DNA from: Candidatus Binatia bacterium
GTDB lineage: Bacteria > Desulfobacterota > Binatia > Bin18
Assembly (NCBI GenBank): GCA_963666315.2
Contig: CAXXHG010000007.1
Span: 1 to 64,000 of the forward strand
Reading direction: 5' to 3'
Length of the DNA: 64,000 nt
Position 1 is the stretch's first letter. Each line of letters begins with the position of its first letter. The notes beneath the pieces were generated by a model, which saw only the letters and a list, made by a program, of their open reading frames with translations, did no database searches and was not told the origin of the DNA. Made by a program: the position numbers and the translations under genes. Shown here piece by piece: positions 1 to 12,144 of this stretch.

Positions 1-1352
<1,352 letters not shown>

Positions 1353-1359
<7 letters not shown>

Positions 1360-3245
1360 AGATAATACCCCAAAATCACAATCGCCCCACAGCTCAATGA
1401 CAGTGCATACGTCTGGACGTTGCCCGTTTGCCAGAAACGGAAGAACAAACCGTTGGCTTGCACCACCTGTGCCGTGCCGTTCACCAGCCCATCAATGACA
1501 ACCGCATCCCAGACCTTCCACAGCCAATCGGAAGCCGCCAGAATGGGCTGAACAATCATCGCTTCGTATATCTCATCAATATAATATTTATTGAGCAGTA
1601 ACTGATGCAGGCCGGAGAACCGCTGGCTGAGGCGGTCTGCCAGACCAGGATCTTGGACATACAGACGATAGGCCAGACCAATGCCGCCGAGTCCAAGCAT
1701 CGTTGGCAGATATTTCACAAGCGCCGGTACGTGGGGATGATCGTGACCATACAGCGGGCTGAGGAGTTCCGGGAGGGTAAAATATCCGCCGATCAAGGAG
1801 AAAATGGCCAGCACGACGAGCGGCATGGTCATTGCCTGGGGGGATTCATGGATATGATGGGCGATCTCAGGATCTGCTCTATTTTCTCCCCAGAAGGTAA
1901 CAAACAGCAAGCGAAACATGTAAAAGGCGGTTAAGCCTGCGCCGACCGTTCCGACAATCCACAATGCAGAAGACCCGTGCGGGCTGCCAAAGGCGTATTC
2001 GAGAATCAGGTCTTTACTAAAGAAGCCGGACAGTAGCGGAAAGCCGGCAATAGCCAGACAACCAACGGCAAAGGTACCGTACGTCGTTGGCATCTTTGTC
2101 CTGAGCCCGCCCATTTTAGTGATGTCCTGCTCGTCACTCATGCCGTGGATGACACTGCCTGCGCCCAAGAAGAGCAGGGCTTTGAAGAAGGCGTGAGTCA
2201 TGACGTGAAAAACGCCGGCGGTGTAGGCGCCCACGCCGAGACCCAGAAACATATAACCGAGCTGACTCACTGTAGAGTACGCTAGAATCTTCTTAATATC
2301 GGTTTGGACCAGGGCAATCGTGGCGGCGAATAGTGCGGTGCCTGCACCCACTGTTGCGACAACGGCTAGGGCCGTTGGTGAGAGGGAATACAGGAAGTGC
2401 ATGCGAGCAATTAAGTAGATGCCGGCTGTCACCATGGTTGCTGCGTGAATTAAAGCACTGACTGGGGTCGGACCGGCCATGGCATCAGGCAGCCAGACAT
2501 AGAGCGGGATCTGCGCGGACTTTCCAGCCGCGCCAACAAAGAACAATAGGCAGATGATCGTCACGGTGCCAACTGGGAGGACGGATACATGTGCTTCTAT
2601 TTCGCTGAAGGTGAGTGTCCAGACCTCGTGCGCCCCTAGGCTCCAAAACAAGAGGAAGAGACCCAGGAGAAAACCCGCGTCACCAATACGATTGACGATA
2701 AAGGCCTTCTTCCCTGCACTGGCCTTTTCAGCGTCCGTATACCAAAAGCCAATGAGCAAATAAGAACACAGGCCGACGCCTTCCCAACCGACGAAGAGTA
2801 ACAAAATATTATCGCCCAGTACCAGCAGCAGCATGGCTGTGGTGAAGAGATTGAGATAGGCAAAATAGCGCACCACGTCTTCATCGTGGGCCATATAGCC
2901 GACTGAATAGACGTGAATGAGAAAGCCGACCCCGGTGATGACCATAATCATCACGCCGGACAGCGGGTCGACCCGTAGGGCAATATCAACGTGCAGTGCG
3001 CCGGAATAAATCCAGGGATAAACCGTATCGATCAGAGCACCTCCGTCCGGCAGTTGGACAAAGGCCGCAAAGGCGAAGCAGAACGCCAGGAAGATCATGC
3101 CCGGCGAAACCCAGTTGACGACGCGCCTGCCGTAACGGGGGCCGAAAAACAAGTTGAACAATACCCCAAGAAAGGGAAATAGCACGATATAGCGGAGATA
3201 CGAGACGGTGTAGACGGCGACCTCAGCCGCGTGGGCGTGTTCCAT
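1353..3245 (-). CDS. nuoL: NADH-quinone oxidoreductase subunit L
   Basis: GWEGVG, GKSAQIPLYVWLPDAMAGPTPVSALIHAATMV, HAFFKALLFL, GFFSKD, NKYYIDE lateral helix. Confidence 0.96.
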
Positions 3246-3322
3246 AGCTAAAGAACCAATCCAATCAGCTCAATCAATGCCGCCAATCTTGTCCGTGTTC
3301 GTGCTGCGGTCATGAGTGGTTC

Positions 3323-3625
3323 TTACCACCGCATCAGATTGAGTTCGTCAGCATTCACTGTTGCTTTGCCACGGAAGACAAGCAAGATAATGGCGAGTCC
3401 TACCGCAACTTCAGCTGCAGCCACAGACATGACAAAGAAGACAATGATCTGCCCGTCCATGGACCCAAAATGGCGGGCCAGGGCAACAAAAGACAAATTG
3501 ACGGCGTTGAGCATAAGCTCGATAGACATGAAAATGATAATGATATTGCGGCGCAAGAGAACGCCTGTCACGCCTATCGTAAACAGAATGCCGCTCAGAA
3601 TAAGATGGTAACTTATCGGGACCAT
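3323..3625 (-). CDS. nuoK: NADH-quinone oxidoreductase subunit K
   Basis: [25 protein letters not shown]. Confidence 0.96.
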   Translation of the reverse strand: MVPISYHLILSGILFTIGVTGVLLRRNIIIIFMSIELMLNAVNLSFVALARHFGSMDGQIIVFFVMSVAAAEVAVGLAIILLVFRGKATVNADELNLMRW

Positions 3626-3645
3626 GTTTTCGTTCTTTGCTCTCT

Positions 3646-4134
3646 TTATCGTTTCGCCAATACCACCGCTCCAACAACGGCAACTAGAAGAAGAATTCCA
3701 GTGACCTCGAAGGGCAGTAAATACGTGGTAAACAGCTGTGTTCCCAAGGCTTCAACCGTGCCGAATTTGTCGGGCAAGGGAGTGTCTGCCGCACCAGAGG
3801 ATGAACGCTGAAGGAGCAGGAGAAGCTCGGCAACCAGAACGACTCCACCAATAATAGCGATTCTGCCCAATCCTTGTTGATGTAAGCGCTGCGGATCACT
3901 CTGCAAATTGAGCAGCATGATAACAAAGAGGAAGAGGACCATGATGGCGCCAGCGTACACAATGATCTGCAGCGCAGCCACCAGATGGGCATCGAGAAAA
4001 AGAAAGTAGACCGCCAGCAGGAAGAGGGTCAGTACCAGGAAGAGGGCGCTGTAGATCGGACTCGGATGGGCAATGACCATGGCCGCAATAATGACCAGGG
4101 GAATGGCGAGCGCGAAGAATGTAACAAAATCCAT
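3646..4134 (-). CDS. nuoJ: NADH-quinone oxidoreductase subunit J
   Basis: [27 protein letters not shown]. Confidence 0.95.
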   Translation of the reverse strand: MDFVTFFALAIPLVIIAAMVIAHPSPIYSALFLVLTLFLLAVYFLFLDAHLVAALQIIVYAGAIMVLFLFVIMLLNLQSDPQRLHQQGLGRIAIIGGVVLVAELLLLLQRSSSGAADTPLPDKFGTVEALGTQLFTTYLLPFEVTGILLLVAVVGAVVLAKR

Positions 4135-4139
4135 GCGAC

Positions 4140-5231
4140 CTACTCGAAAAGTATAATAACCAGCGCTGTTGCCATGACATTAAAAAGGGAAAGCGGCAGT
4201 AAAATTTTCCAGCCCAAATTGATGAGTTGATCATACCGGAAGCGCGGCAGCGTCCAGCGGATCATGATTTGTAGCCAGCAAAAGAAGATGACTTTGATGC
4301 TAAAAGAGCCGACCTGAAGCAAAGTCACCAGGAGCGAAGGTAAAGCGAGGGTGCCTCCCCAGGGGAAGTGGAATCCATCCCGCAGGAGGAACGGCACCTG
4401 CCAGCCACCAAAAAAGAGGGTGGTGATTAAGCCGGCGACAATAATGGCTTCGATAAAGTCGCCCAGCATGAACATGGACTGCTTAGACCCGGAGTATTCC
4501 GTGAAATAGCCGGAAATCAACTCGGATTCTGCTTCGGGCAGGTCAAACGGAATGCGTTTGCTCTCAGCAATCCCAGCAGCCAGGAAGATCAGAAAAGCCA
4601 AAGGCTGATAGAAAATGCCCCAGGCAGGAATCCAGCCGCCGATGAGCTGACCCTGGGCGCGTGCAATTTCCTGTAAATCAAGGGAGCCAAAGGTCAAAAC
4701 AATGCCGATGAGCGAGAGTCCTAACGGGATTTCATATGAGATCATTTGGGCTGCGCCGCGAATGCCACCCAGCAGCGACCAACGATTGTTAGATGCCCAG
4801 CCGCCGAGCACAACGCCGTACACGCTCAGCGAGACCATGGCCAAGACGTACAGAATGCCGACATTTAGGTTGGCCGCCTGCAGCCTGATTTCCCGTCCGC
4901 CAATAACGAGGATGTCGCCGAATGGAATGACGATAAAGGTCACTAACAGCGGCAGCAGACCGATCACTGGTGCGAGAGTATGCAGGAGTTTATCCGCACC
5001 TAGAGGAACAAAATCTTCTTTGGTGAACAGCTTAATGGGATCGGCAATCATGGTGTTCACAATGCCGAGGTTAAAGGGCAGTTTGCCGAAAATCGCTGCT
5101 CGATTTGCACCAATCCGATCTTGCAGAATCGCGCTACCTTTTCGCTCGACCCACAGCAGCATAACACCGAGATTGAGAACCATCACAATGGTTAGAATGG
5201 TCAGGGTCAAGGTAATGATGAAATCCGTCAT
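4140..5231 (-). CDS. nuoH: NADH-quinone oxidoreductase subunit H
   Basis: ERK..QDRIG.NR, ADPIKLFTKED, RIPFDLPEAESEL..GYFTEYSG, RWTLPRFRYDQL. Confidence 0.96.
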   Translation of the reverse strand: MTDFIITLTLTILTIVMVLNLGVMLLWVERKGSAILQDRIGANRAAIFGKLPFNLGIVNTMIADPIKLFTKEDFVPLGADKLLHTLAPVIGLLPLLVTFIVIPFGDILVIGGREIRLQAANLNVGILYVLAMVSLSVYGVVLGGWASNNRWSLLGGIRGAAQMISYEIPLGLSLIGIVLTFGSLDLQEIARAQGQLIGGWIPAWGIFYQPLAFLIFLAAGIAESKRIPFDLPEAESELISGYFTEYSGSKQSMFMLGDFIEAIIVAGLITTLFFGGWQVPFLLRDGFHFPWGGTLALPSLLVTLLQVGSFSIKVIFFCWLQIMIRWTLPRFRYDQLINLGWKILLPLSLFNVMATALVIILFE

Positions 5232-5236
5232 AGCGG

Positions 5237-5719
5237 CTACGACTGTTCCGCCAGCTTGTCGATGAGGGTGCGCATGCCGTCTGGAGTCTGGTTTTCATGA
5301 TAGTCGTCATTAATCTGGACGACCGGAGCCGTTCCGCATGAGCCCAAGCACTCGACTTCACTCAATGAAAAGACCGCATCTTCGGTCGTCTGCCCGACTT
5401 TGACGCGGAGCTTGCTTTCCAGACTATGCACGATCTCCTCTGCACCCAGCAGGGTGCAGGACAAATTCGTACAGACCTGTACGTGAAATTTTCCCATCGG
5501 CTCCATGTAAAACATGGTGTAGAAGGTCGCTACTCCGCGGACATTGGCAGGCGAGAGGTCCAGCAGCCCGGCAACATACTCCATCACCTCAGGGCTCAGA
5601 TAGCCGAATTCTGTCTGGGCCAACCAGAAGGTGGGGAGCAGCGCGGCCTGTTTGGTTGGATAACGGGTCAGCACCTGTTCGAATTTTTTATAGGTCTCGT
5701 CTGAGAATTGTACCGCCAT
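5237..5719 (-). CDS. nuoE: NADH-quinone oxidoreductase subunit E (2Fe-2S)
   Basis: VATFYTMF, CTNLSC, ECLGSCGTAP. Confidence 0.94.
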   Translation of the reverse strand: MAVQFSDETYKKFEQVLTRYPTKQAALLPTFWLAQTEFGYLSPEVMEYVAGLLDLSPANVRGVATFYTMFYMEPMGKFHVQVCTNLSCTLLGAEEIVHSLESKLRVKVGQTTEDAVFSLSEVECLGSCGTAPVVQINDDYHENQTPDGMRTLIDKLAEQS

Positions 5720-5781
5720 AGTCCTAGCAATCAGCCTTCAACAATCAGTTTTCCAGGTTTCTCCAGCCCCCAGCCCCTCCC

Positions 5782-6990
5782 CTACCGATCGCACTCCCCC
5801 CCAATCATATTGACCATGCCGAAGGTCGTAATGATATCGGAGATCAGATGGCCCTGTAACATGTCGCCCATGGCCGCCATGCCGAAAAAGGATGGTCCAC
5901 GAACCCGGACCCGATACGGACGGCCACTCCCATCACTGACCAGGTAAAAACTGAGTTCCCCATTCGCTCCTTCGACACTCCGAAAGGCTTCGCCGGGCGG
6001 AATTTTGACTCCCTCAATGACAAGTTTGAAGTGGTTCATCAGACCTTCGATATTCCCATACACGTCCTTTTTCTCAGGCAGTGTAATCTGCGGATCGTCA
6101 ATGCGGATCGGGCCGCTGGGAATGCCGTTCAGCGCCTGTTCAATGATGCGCATGCTCTGCTTGAGTTCTTCAAAACGAATAGAAAAGCGGTCGTAATTAT
6201 CACCCTGGGTGCCTGTCGGGACATCAAAGTCAAAGTGGTCATAGACTAAATACGGTTGAGCCTTACGCACATCATACGGGACGCCGGTTGCTCGCAGGAG
6301 TGGACCGGTCAGGCTGTATGAAATGGCATCCTCTTGAGAAATCGCCCCAACCCCGGACATGCGATCAATAAAAATGCGATTTTTGGACAGCAACTTGTCG
6401 CAGTCATCGAGAATGCGGCGCATGTCAGCGAATGCCGCGCGAACTTGAGCGGCGAAATCGTTGGGAAGATCTTGTGTCACCCCCCCGACCCGGGCGTAGC
6501 TCACGGTCAGGCGCGCGCCAGTCACGGCTGCGATCAAATCGTACAGGGTCTCACGCGACTCCATCATATAGAAACCGACCGACACCGCACCGGCTTCTAC
6601 GGCTGCCATGGCTAAGCAGGTCAGATGGTCAGTAATCCGTGATATTTCACTCATAATCACCCGGATGTACTGGCAGCGTTCCGGGACTTCTACGTCGAGC
6701 AGTTGTTCCGCCGTCAGGGCAAACGCCACATTATTGATGAGCGGAGATGCATAATTCAGCCGGTCGGTATACGGGACACAGTGGTTCCAGGTCCGTTGTT
6801 CACACATCTTCTCGAATCCGCGATGGAGATAGCCTATCTCCACATCGCAGTTGAGAATTCGTTCGCCGTCGAGGGTGAGCGTGAACTTAATCGTACCATG
6901 CGTCGCCGGATGGGACGGACCCATTTGCAGCGTCATGATTTCGGAAGTCGGATCGTGTTCTGCAACTATTGGGGCTGCGGCTTCCGCCAT
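5782..6990 (-). CDS. nuoD: NADH-quinone oxidoreductase subunit D
   Basis: MGPSHPATHG, GYLHRGFEK, DRLNY, terminal GECDR. Confidence 0.96.
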   Translation of the reverse strand: MAEAAAPIVAEHDPTSEIMTLQMGPSHPATHGTIKFTLTLDGERILNCDVEIGYLHRGFEKMCEQRTWNHCVPYTDRLNYASPLINNVAFALTAEQLLDVEVPERCQYIRVIMSEISRITDHLTCLAMAAVEAGAVSVGFYMMESRETLYDLIAAVTGARLTVSYARVGGVTQDLPNDFAAQVRAAFADMRRILDDCDKLLSKNRIFIDRMSGVGAISQEDAISYSLTGPLLRATGVPYDVRKAQPYLVYDHFDFDVPTGTQGDNYDRFSIRFEELKQSMRIIEQALNGIPSGPIRIDDPQITLPEKKDVYGNIEGLMNHFKLVIEGVKIPPGEAFRSVEGANGELSFYLVSDGSGRPYRVRVRGPSFFGMAAMGDMLQGHLISDIITTFGMVNMIGGECDR

Positions 6991-6995
6991 AGTTG

Positions 6996-7505
6996 TTAGC
7001 CTTTATTCCACGGATTGGTGATCGGATCGCGTTCTTCGACCAAGGGTTGGCGTTTATTCACCGGATAATCTTTTCGGAGCGGATAGCCGCGGAATTCCTC
7101 ATACATCAGGATGCGACGCAGATCCGGGTGGCCGGAGAAGCTGATGCCAAACATGTCCCAGACTTCGCGTTCGAGCCAGTTCGCGGATTTCCACAGCGCG
7201 GAAATCGACGGGGTTTGGGCGTCGTCTTCGGGAAGTCGAATTTTTACTCGAATACGATGATTATGCGTAAGCGAATGGAAGTGATAGACGACCTCGAATC
7301 GGGGCTCCTTGCCAAAGAAATCTGCTGCAGTGAGATCAATCAGCAGGTTGAAAGCGAGATCCGCATTCTCCTTGAGTCCCCCCAAGACCTCAAGCGCGTC
7401 CGCCCGGTCGATCACAATCGTAGCATTCCCATGCAGGGAGTGCTGCTGTTGTATCTTACCGGGAAAAGCTGTTTCGATCTGAGAGAGAATGTCTGCTTCG
7501 GCCAT
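6996..7505 (-). CDS. nuoC: NADH-quinone oxidoreductase subunit C
   Basis: ANWLEREVWDMFGI.FSGHPDLRRILM...PLRKDYP. Confidence 0.95.
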   Translation of the reverse strand: MAEADILSQIETAFPGKIQQQHSLHGNATIVIDRADALEVLGGLKENADLAFNLLIDLTAADFFGKEPRFEVVYHFHSLTHNHRIRVKIRLPEDDAQTPSISALWKSANWLEREVWDMFGISFSGHPDLRRILMYEEFRGYPLRKDYPVNKRQPLVEERDPITNPWNKG

Positions 7506-7522
7506 TTCCGCCTAAGTGCTGG

Positions 7523-7876
7523 TCAGGTAGACTCCAGCCCCCCCTTTTTCACCTCGTAGATCAGACCGACAACCAGAACCAGGACAAAGAGCAGCATAGC
7601 CATGAATCCGAACAGCCCTAATTGGCGGAAGACCACGGCCCAGGGGTACAGGAAGACGACTTCTACATCGAAGACGATGAAGAGGATGGCGGCCAAATAG
7701 AACTTTACGGAAAAACGTCCCCAGGCCGAACCGCTTGGCGGATTGCCGCACTCAAAGGCTTCATCCTTTACCGGCGAGTGTGTCTTGATGCCCAGTACCG
7801 TGCTCGCAAAGGTCATGGCCAAGGCGATCACTCCACCAAGAATCAACGCAATGAGAACGGGGACGTATTGTTCCAT
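7523..7876 (-). CDS. nuoA: NADH-quinone oxidoreductase subunit A (start moved to ATG 7876)
   Basis: FECG, FYLAAILFIVFDVEVVFLYPWA; the longer ORF-track start would overlap the tRNA. Confidence 0.94.
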   Translation of the reverse strand: MEQYVPVLIALILGGVIALAMTFASTVLGIKTHSPVKDEAFECGNPPSGSAWGRFSVKFYLAAILFIVFDVEVVFLYPWAVVFRQLGLFGFMAMLLFVLVLVVGLIYEVKKGGLEST

Positions 7877-7932
7877 ACGAAAAACATTTTGCAGCGTAAC
7901 AGGTATGAGGGGCAGAGTGCTATCTTCGGCAC

Positions 7933-7960
7933 AAGATACAGAGGCCCGGCATAGTGTCAA
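7933..7960 (-). promoter_or_regulatory. Putative sigma70 promoter of the nuo operon
   Basis: TTGACA-16 nt-TATCTT on the minus strand, about 57 nt upstream of nuoA. Confidence 0.45.
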
Positions 7961-8066
7961 CGACCCCGAATCAGGCCTCTTCCCTTCCTTGCGGGAGGAA
8001 TGCGGAGGTGGTAAACCTCTTGCACGAATACTAACCCCGAGTATGCGTGGATGTTTTATTTTCTCG

Positions 8067-8157
8067 GGAGAGGTGCCAGAGCTGGCCGATTGGGCACGAT
8101 TGGAAATCGTGTGTACCCCTAACACGGGTACCGAGGGTTCGAATCCCTCCCTCTCCG
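8067..8157 (+). tRNA. tRNA-Ser(GGA), CCA not encoded
   Basis: Acceptor GGAGAGG/CCTCTCC, anticodon arm CACGA-TTGGAAA-TCGTG, long variable arm, GGTTCGAATCC; followed by TCA. Confidence 0.96.
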
Positions 8158-8161
8158 TCAG

Positions 8162-8270
8162 TGGTGATAGCTAGGTCCTGCGCAAGGGAAGCTGGGAAAT
8201 CCGTCAGGTCCGGAAGGAAGCAGCGGTACCGGAATTCTCCCTGTGCCGCAGGGTAGCCTAGCTATCACCA
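8162..8270 (+). ncRNA. ffs: Signal recognition particle RNA (small bacterial type)
   Basis: Domain IV motif TCAGGTCCGGAAGGAAGCAGC, terminal stem TGGTGATAGCTAGG/CCTAGCTATCACCA, usual position upstream of dnaX. Confidence 0.95.
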
Positions 8271-8307
8271 GTGGCGGACTTTTGGACACCTTCTAAAACG
8301 TAATTGT

Positions 8308-10071
8308 ATGAGCTACCTGGTCCTTGCCCGTAAGTGGCGTCCCCAGACTTTCGATGAAGTGGTGGGGCAAGAGCATGTGACGCGCACCTTGCGTAATGCG
8401 ATCCGCAGTAACCGCGTCGCGCATGCCTTTCTCTTCACCGGCCCCCGTGGTGTGGGCAAAACAACAACCGCCCGGCTCCTAGCCAAGGCCCTTAACTGTG
8501 AAAACGGGCCGACCCCAGATCCGTGTAACGCTTGTATCCATTGCACGGAAATTACCAACGGGAGCGCTATCGATGTGCTGGAGATCGATGGCGCCTCCCA
8601 TACGGGAGTGGACAATGTTCGGGATCTCAACGAAGGGGTGCAGTACCGACCGGCGAAAAGCCGCTTTCGGATTGTCATTATTGACGAAGTCCACATGCTG
8701 TCTAATGCAGCCTTCAACGCTCTTCTCAAGACCCTGGAGGAGCCTCCAGAGCATGTGAAATTTATCTTTGCAACGACCGAATCGCACAAGATTTTGCAGA
8801 CCATTCTCTCCCGCTGCCAGCGCTATGATTTTAAACGCATCCCGTTGCGTGACCTGATGCAGCAACTGCGACTGTTGGCAGAAAAGGAAGATTTTCAGTT
8901 TGATGAGGCTGGACTCGCTCTCCTTGCACGCGAAGCGGATGGCAGCCTGCGAGATGCAGAATCTCTACTCGATCAAGTTGTTGCCTGGGGTAATGGGAAA
9001 GTCGATGAGCAGACTGTGAGAGATGCGCTCGGTGTTGCCGATCGTCAAGCCCTATTCCGCGTGGTGGATGCCGTGCTGGCTGAAGATCCGGCCCAAGCGC
9101 TACGGCTGACTGGCGACCTCTACCAGTATGGCTATGACCCACGTCGATTGTGCCGAGATCTGCTTGAGCACTTTCATCATCTGGTGATCGTGAAAGTGAG
9201 TGCCGATCCGTCTTTGCTGGCCGACCTGCCGGATCATGAGGCTGCGGTGGTGCAAAAGCAGGCCGCCGCCCGCACACGTGAAGACCTGCAACGGTTTTTC
9301 TCGCTTATACTTGAAGCCGAAGAAGATGTGAGAAAATCCGCCTATACCCAACTCGTTATGGAGATGGTCCTCGTCAAACTGGCCAGTCAACCGCCGGTTC
9401 TGCCTATCGCGGAGGCATTGGCAAAACTGGAAGCTCTGCAACGTCAGTTGGGAGGTGGGACTGCCGCGCAGGCCGTAGCAGCACAGCCAACAAATCCTTT
9501 GTCGTCTCCGTCTTCTACGTCCGCGGCTCCAGTGCAACCTGCCGCCTTGGTTCCGAACAGACAAGAAGCGCCCACATCCGAGCGGTCTCAGAAATATAAT
9601 CCTCGCCCGCCTGTATCGCCTCAGTCCCCAGCCCTGTCTTCCACAGATCCTATAACTGAGTCCGCTCCAGCTGTAGTGAGCAGCGCACTGGAACAAGGCG
9701 AACAGTGGGACGGGTTTCTCGCTACCGTTCAGAAACAGAAAATCTCCCTCTTTTTTGCCCTGAAGTCAGGACATTTACTTGACTTGACGCAGACAACTTT
9801 GCAGATTGGAGTGGATAAGGACCCATATCTGAAGGAGCTCGTTCGCAAAGAAAATCGGACGGTCCTGGAATCTGCGGCGCAGCAGTTTTTCGGACGTCAG
9901 CTGACAGTGGAAGTGCAAAAAGGTGGCCGGCCGTCTGCCCTCCAAGAACTTTCCGCGTCGTCAGGGGTGAAGGATCAAAAACATGAAACAGCCGAAGACC
10001 CGTTAGTCAAAACCGCATTGGACATCCTTGGTGGAGAAGTCCAGGAACGGCGGTCGCACCGAACACATTAG
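8308..10071 (+). CDS. dnaX: DNA polymerase III subunit gamma/tau
   Basis: MSYLVLARKWRPQTF, GPRGVGKTT, IIDEVHML, FNALLKTLEEPP, SRC. Confidence 0.97.
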   Translation: MSYLVLARKWRPQTFDEVVGQEHVTRTLRNAIRSNRVAHAFLFTGPRGVGKTTTARLLAKALNCENGPTPDPCNACIHCTEITNGSAIDVLEIDGASHTGVDNVRDLNEGVQYRPAKSRFRIVIIDEVHMLSNAAFNALLKTLEEPPEHVKFIFATTESHKILQTILSRCQRYDFKRIPLRDLMQQLRLLAEKEDFQFDEAGLALLAREADGSLRDAESLLDQVVAWGNGKVDEQTVRDALGVADRQALFRVVDAVLAEDPAQALRLTGDLYQYGYDPRRLCRDLLEHFHHLVIVKVSADPSLLADLPDHEAAVVQKQAAARTREDLQRFFSLILEAEEDVRKSAYTQLVMEMVLVKLASQPPVLPIAEALAKLEALQRQLGGGTAAQAVAAQPTNPLSSPSSTSAAPVQPAALVPNRQEAPTSERSQKYNPRPPVSPQSPALSSTDPITESAPAVVSSALEQGEQWDGFLATVQKQKISLFFALKSGHLLDLTQTTLQIGVDKDPYLKELVRKENRTVLESAAQQFFGRQLTVEVQKGGRPSALQELSASSGVKDQKHETAEDPLVKTALDILGGEVQERRSHRTH

Positions 10072-10139
10072 GGCTGGTTAGGCATTGCTAGACATTCCAG
10101 CAATCACTTATGCCAGCGATCACTTATGGAGGATACAGC

Positions 10140-10454
10140 ATGGCAAATATGGGGGATATGATGAAGCAAGCCCAGCAGCTTCAGTCAAAATTGGCCCAGA
10201 TTCAGGAGGGCGCTGGGAAAAAAACTGTCGAAGCATCCGCTGGTGGCAATATGGTCACTGCGGTTGTCAACGGCAGGCTGGAGCTCGTTTCACTACGCAT
10301 TGATCCTACTGTCACTTCTGCTGATGATGTCGAAATGCTGCAAGACCTCGTTATGGCGGCCGTCAATGAGGGTATTCGTCAAGCGCAACAAATGATGGCG
10401 AATGAAATGGGCAAAGTCACTGGCGGCCTGAAGATTCCCGGGCTGAACGCGTAG
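10140..10454 (+). CDS. ybaB: YbaB/EbfC nucleoid-associated protein
   Basis: MMKQAQQLQ...DVEMLQDLVMAAVNE; dnaX-ybaB-recR synteny. Confidence 0.93.
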   Translation: MANMGDMMKQAQQLQSKLAQIQEGAGKKTVEASAGGNMVTAVVNGRLELVSLRIDPTVTSADDVEMLQDLVMAAVNEGIRQAQQMMANEMGKVTGGLKIPGLNA

Positions 10455-10481
10455 GGCAGGGCGGTATACAGCGAGTTGTGT

Positions 10482-11078
10482 ATGATGCTGACACCTGCGC
10501 TGGCTCGTCTTGTCCAAGAACTGGGCAGGCTGCCTGGCATTGGAGAAAAGACCGCCACTCGTCTCGCCATGTTTATTCTTGGCGCTGGGCGGGAGTACGT
10601 GGAAGGTCTAGCCGAGGCGATCTGGGCAGTCAAAACAGAGACAACGCTGTGCAAAGAGTGCTTTGGGCTGGCCGAGGGCGACCTGTGCGTTATTTGCAGT
10701 GATCCCCAGCGCAGCGTTGAGTCTATTTGTATTGTTGAGGACCCGGCCGATTTGATGGCGGTTGAACGGTCGCATGAATATAAGGGCCTCTACCATGTGC
10801 TGCATGGAGTCTTAGCGCCGCTTGACGGTATAGGTCCTGAGGACTTGAAGATTGCACCGCTGTTAGAGCGGCTCCGACGTGACGGAACCAAAGAAGTCAT
10901 TGTCGCCACGAACCCTAATGTTGAAGGAGAAGCGACTGCATTGTATCTAGCCAAGGTCATCAAACCGTTGGGGATCCAGGTCAGCCGTATTGCTTACGGT
11001 ATTCCCATGGGCGGTGATGTAGAATATACAGATGCGGTGACGCTCGGCCGAGCGATTGAAGGCCGGCGGGAGATGTAA
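10482..11078 (+). CDS. recR: Recombination mediator RecR
   Basis: LPGIGEKTA.RLA, C4 zinc finger, YHVLHG, EGEATA.Y. Confidence 0.96.
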   Translation: MMLTPALARLVQELGRLPGIGEKTATRLAMFILGAGREYVEGLAEAIWAVKTETTLCKECFGLAEGDLCVICSDPQRSVESICIVEDPADLMAVERSHEYKGLYHVLHGVLAPLDGIGPEDLKIAPLLERLRRDGTKEVIVATNPNVEGEATALYLAKVIKPLGIQVSRIAYGIPMGGDVEYTDAVTLGRAIEGRREM

Positions 11079-11085
11079 TCTCGAC

Positions 11086-11114
11086 TTTACACTCGCATTC
11101 CCCTTTGCTACAAC
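11086..11114 (+). promoter_or_regulatory. Putative sigma70 promoter for tRNA-Asn
   Basis: TTTACA-17 nt-TACAAC with an extended -10 TG. Confidence 0.5.
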
Positions 11115-11155
11115 GCCCTGCTAATATTGTTCTTGTGTCATTCTCAGTTGCTCGA

Positions 11156-11228
11156 TCCTCGGTAGCTCAATTGGCAGAGCGATCGGCTGTTAACCGATAG
11201 GTTGTTGGTTCGAGTCCAACCCGAGGAG
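11156..11228 (+). tRNA. tRNA-Asn(GTT), CCA not encoded
   Basis: Acceptor TCCTCGG/CCGAGGA, anticodon arm ATCGG-CTGTTAA-CCGAT, GGTTCGAGTCC. Confidence 0.96.
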
Positions 11229-11235
11229 CTTCGAC

Positions 11236-11276
11236 AAAAGAGGGTCGCTCTATTCTGAGCGACCCTCTTCTTTTTA
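11236..11276. terminator. Bidirectional rho-independent terminator
   Basis: AAAAGAGGGTCGCTC-loop-GAGCGACCCTCTTCTTTTT between the convergent tRNA-Asn and PPIase genes. Confidence 0.85.
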
Positions 11277-11294
11277 AACGATGTTTTATGTAGA

Positions 11295-11756
11295 TCAAGC
11301 GATCTTAACCAACTCGAGATCAAAAGTCAGATCTTTTCCCGCCAGCGGATGGTTTACGTCTAGGGTAGCGGTCGAGTCAGAAAGATCGAGCACAGTGACG
11401 GCAACTGATTGTCCACCGCGCTGTTTAAGTTTCAGACGCTGCCCGACTTTTAACTCGGCAGTGTCAGCGGGAAAGCGGCTACGAGGGACTCGAGCAATCC
11501 TATCTTTTCGGTGCGGCCCATAGGCTGCATCTACTGGAATAACAACAGTTTTGGACTCGTTGAGGCTCATCCCAATGACGGCTTGTTCAAATCCTGCGAT
11601 AACCTGCTTCTGGCCAATCGTAAACTCAAGTAATTCTTTATTAACCGATGAATCAAAGACCGACCCATCCTCCAGTTTCCCCGTATAATGCACCCAAACC
11701 GTATCGCCGTTTTTTACTTGAGCTGCATTGCTCTTCTTTGCGGCCCTTTTTCGCAC
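11295..11756 (-). CDS. FKBP-type peptidyl-prolyl isomerase (SlyD/FkpB-like)
   Basis: VHYTGKLEDGSVFDSS, AYG, D.NHPLAGKDLTFD. Confidence 0.92.
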   Translation of the reverse strand: MRKRAAKKSNAAQVKNGDTVWVHYTGKLEDGSVFDSSVNKELLEFTIGQKQVIAGFEQAVIGMSLNESKTVVIPVDAAYGPHRKDRIARVPRSRFPADTAELKVGQRLKLKQRGGQSVAVTVLDLSDSTATLDVNHPLAGKDLTFDLELVKIA

Positions 11757-11859
11757 TTCTACCTCTCGCTAGCAGGCTAGTGTCGCCCATTTTATGCTGC
11801 CGGGTGCATGTTGGTGCATTTTAGTACATTCGTCCGTTTCGCCTCATTCCCTGCATTCC

Positions 11860-12144
11860 CTACCAACGACGATCGTCGTCTCTTCTGGGCGAGCGTTCTC
11901 TCTGAGGTCGAGCTTCATTCACAGTGAGCGGGCGGCCTTGGAACTCATTTCCATTGAGGCGCTCTATGGCGGCCTGGGCTTCTTCTTCACTTTCCATTTC
12001 GACAAAGCCGAACCCGCGAGATTTGCCTGACAATCTATCGGTAATAATATTGACCGAGGCGACTGTTCCGGATTCACCAAAGAGCGTTTCAAGTTCGGCG
12101 GTCGTTGCTGCAAAGGGCAAGTTGCCAATAAAGAGTTTCGTCAC
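11860..12144 (-). CDS. RRM RNA-binding protein
   Basis: RNP2 LFIGNL, RNP1 [18 protein letters not shown]. Confidence 0.93.
   Translation of the reverse strand: MTKLFIGNLPFAATTAELETLFGESGTVASVNIITDRLSGKSRGFGFVEMESEEEAQAAIERLNGNEFQGRPLTVNEARPQRERSPRRDDDRRW

Noticed and set aside
7877-8125. 200-aa long form of nuoA
   Set aside because: The extension overlaps tRNA-Ser and the putative promoter; NuoA similarity begins at ATG 7876.
8308-10071. Programmed -1 frameshift in dnaX
   Set aside because: I found no A-AAA-AAG slippery site or long A run in the linker region.
8158-11231. tRNA genes lacking encoded CCA
   Set aside because: Common in bacteria, and a CCA-adding enzyme is encoded in this window.
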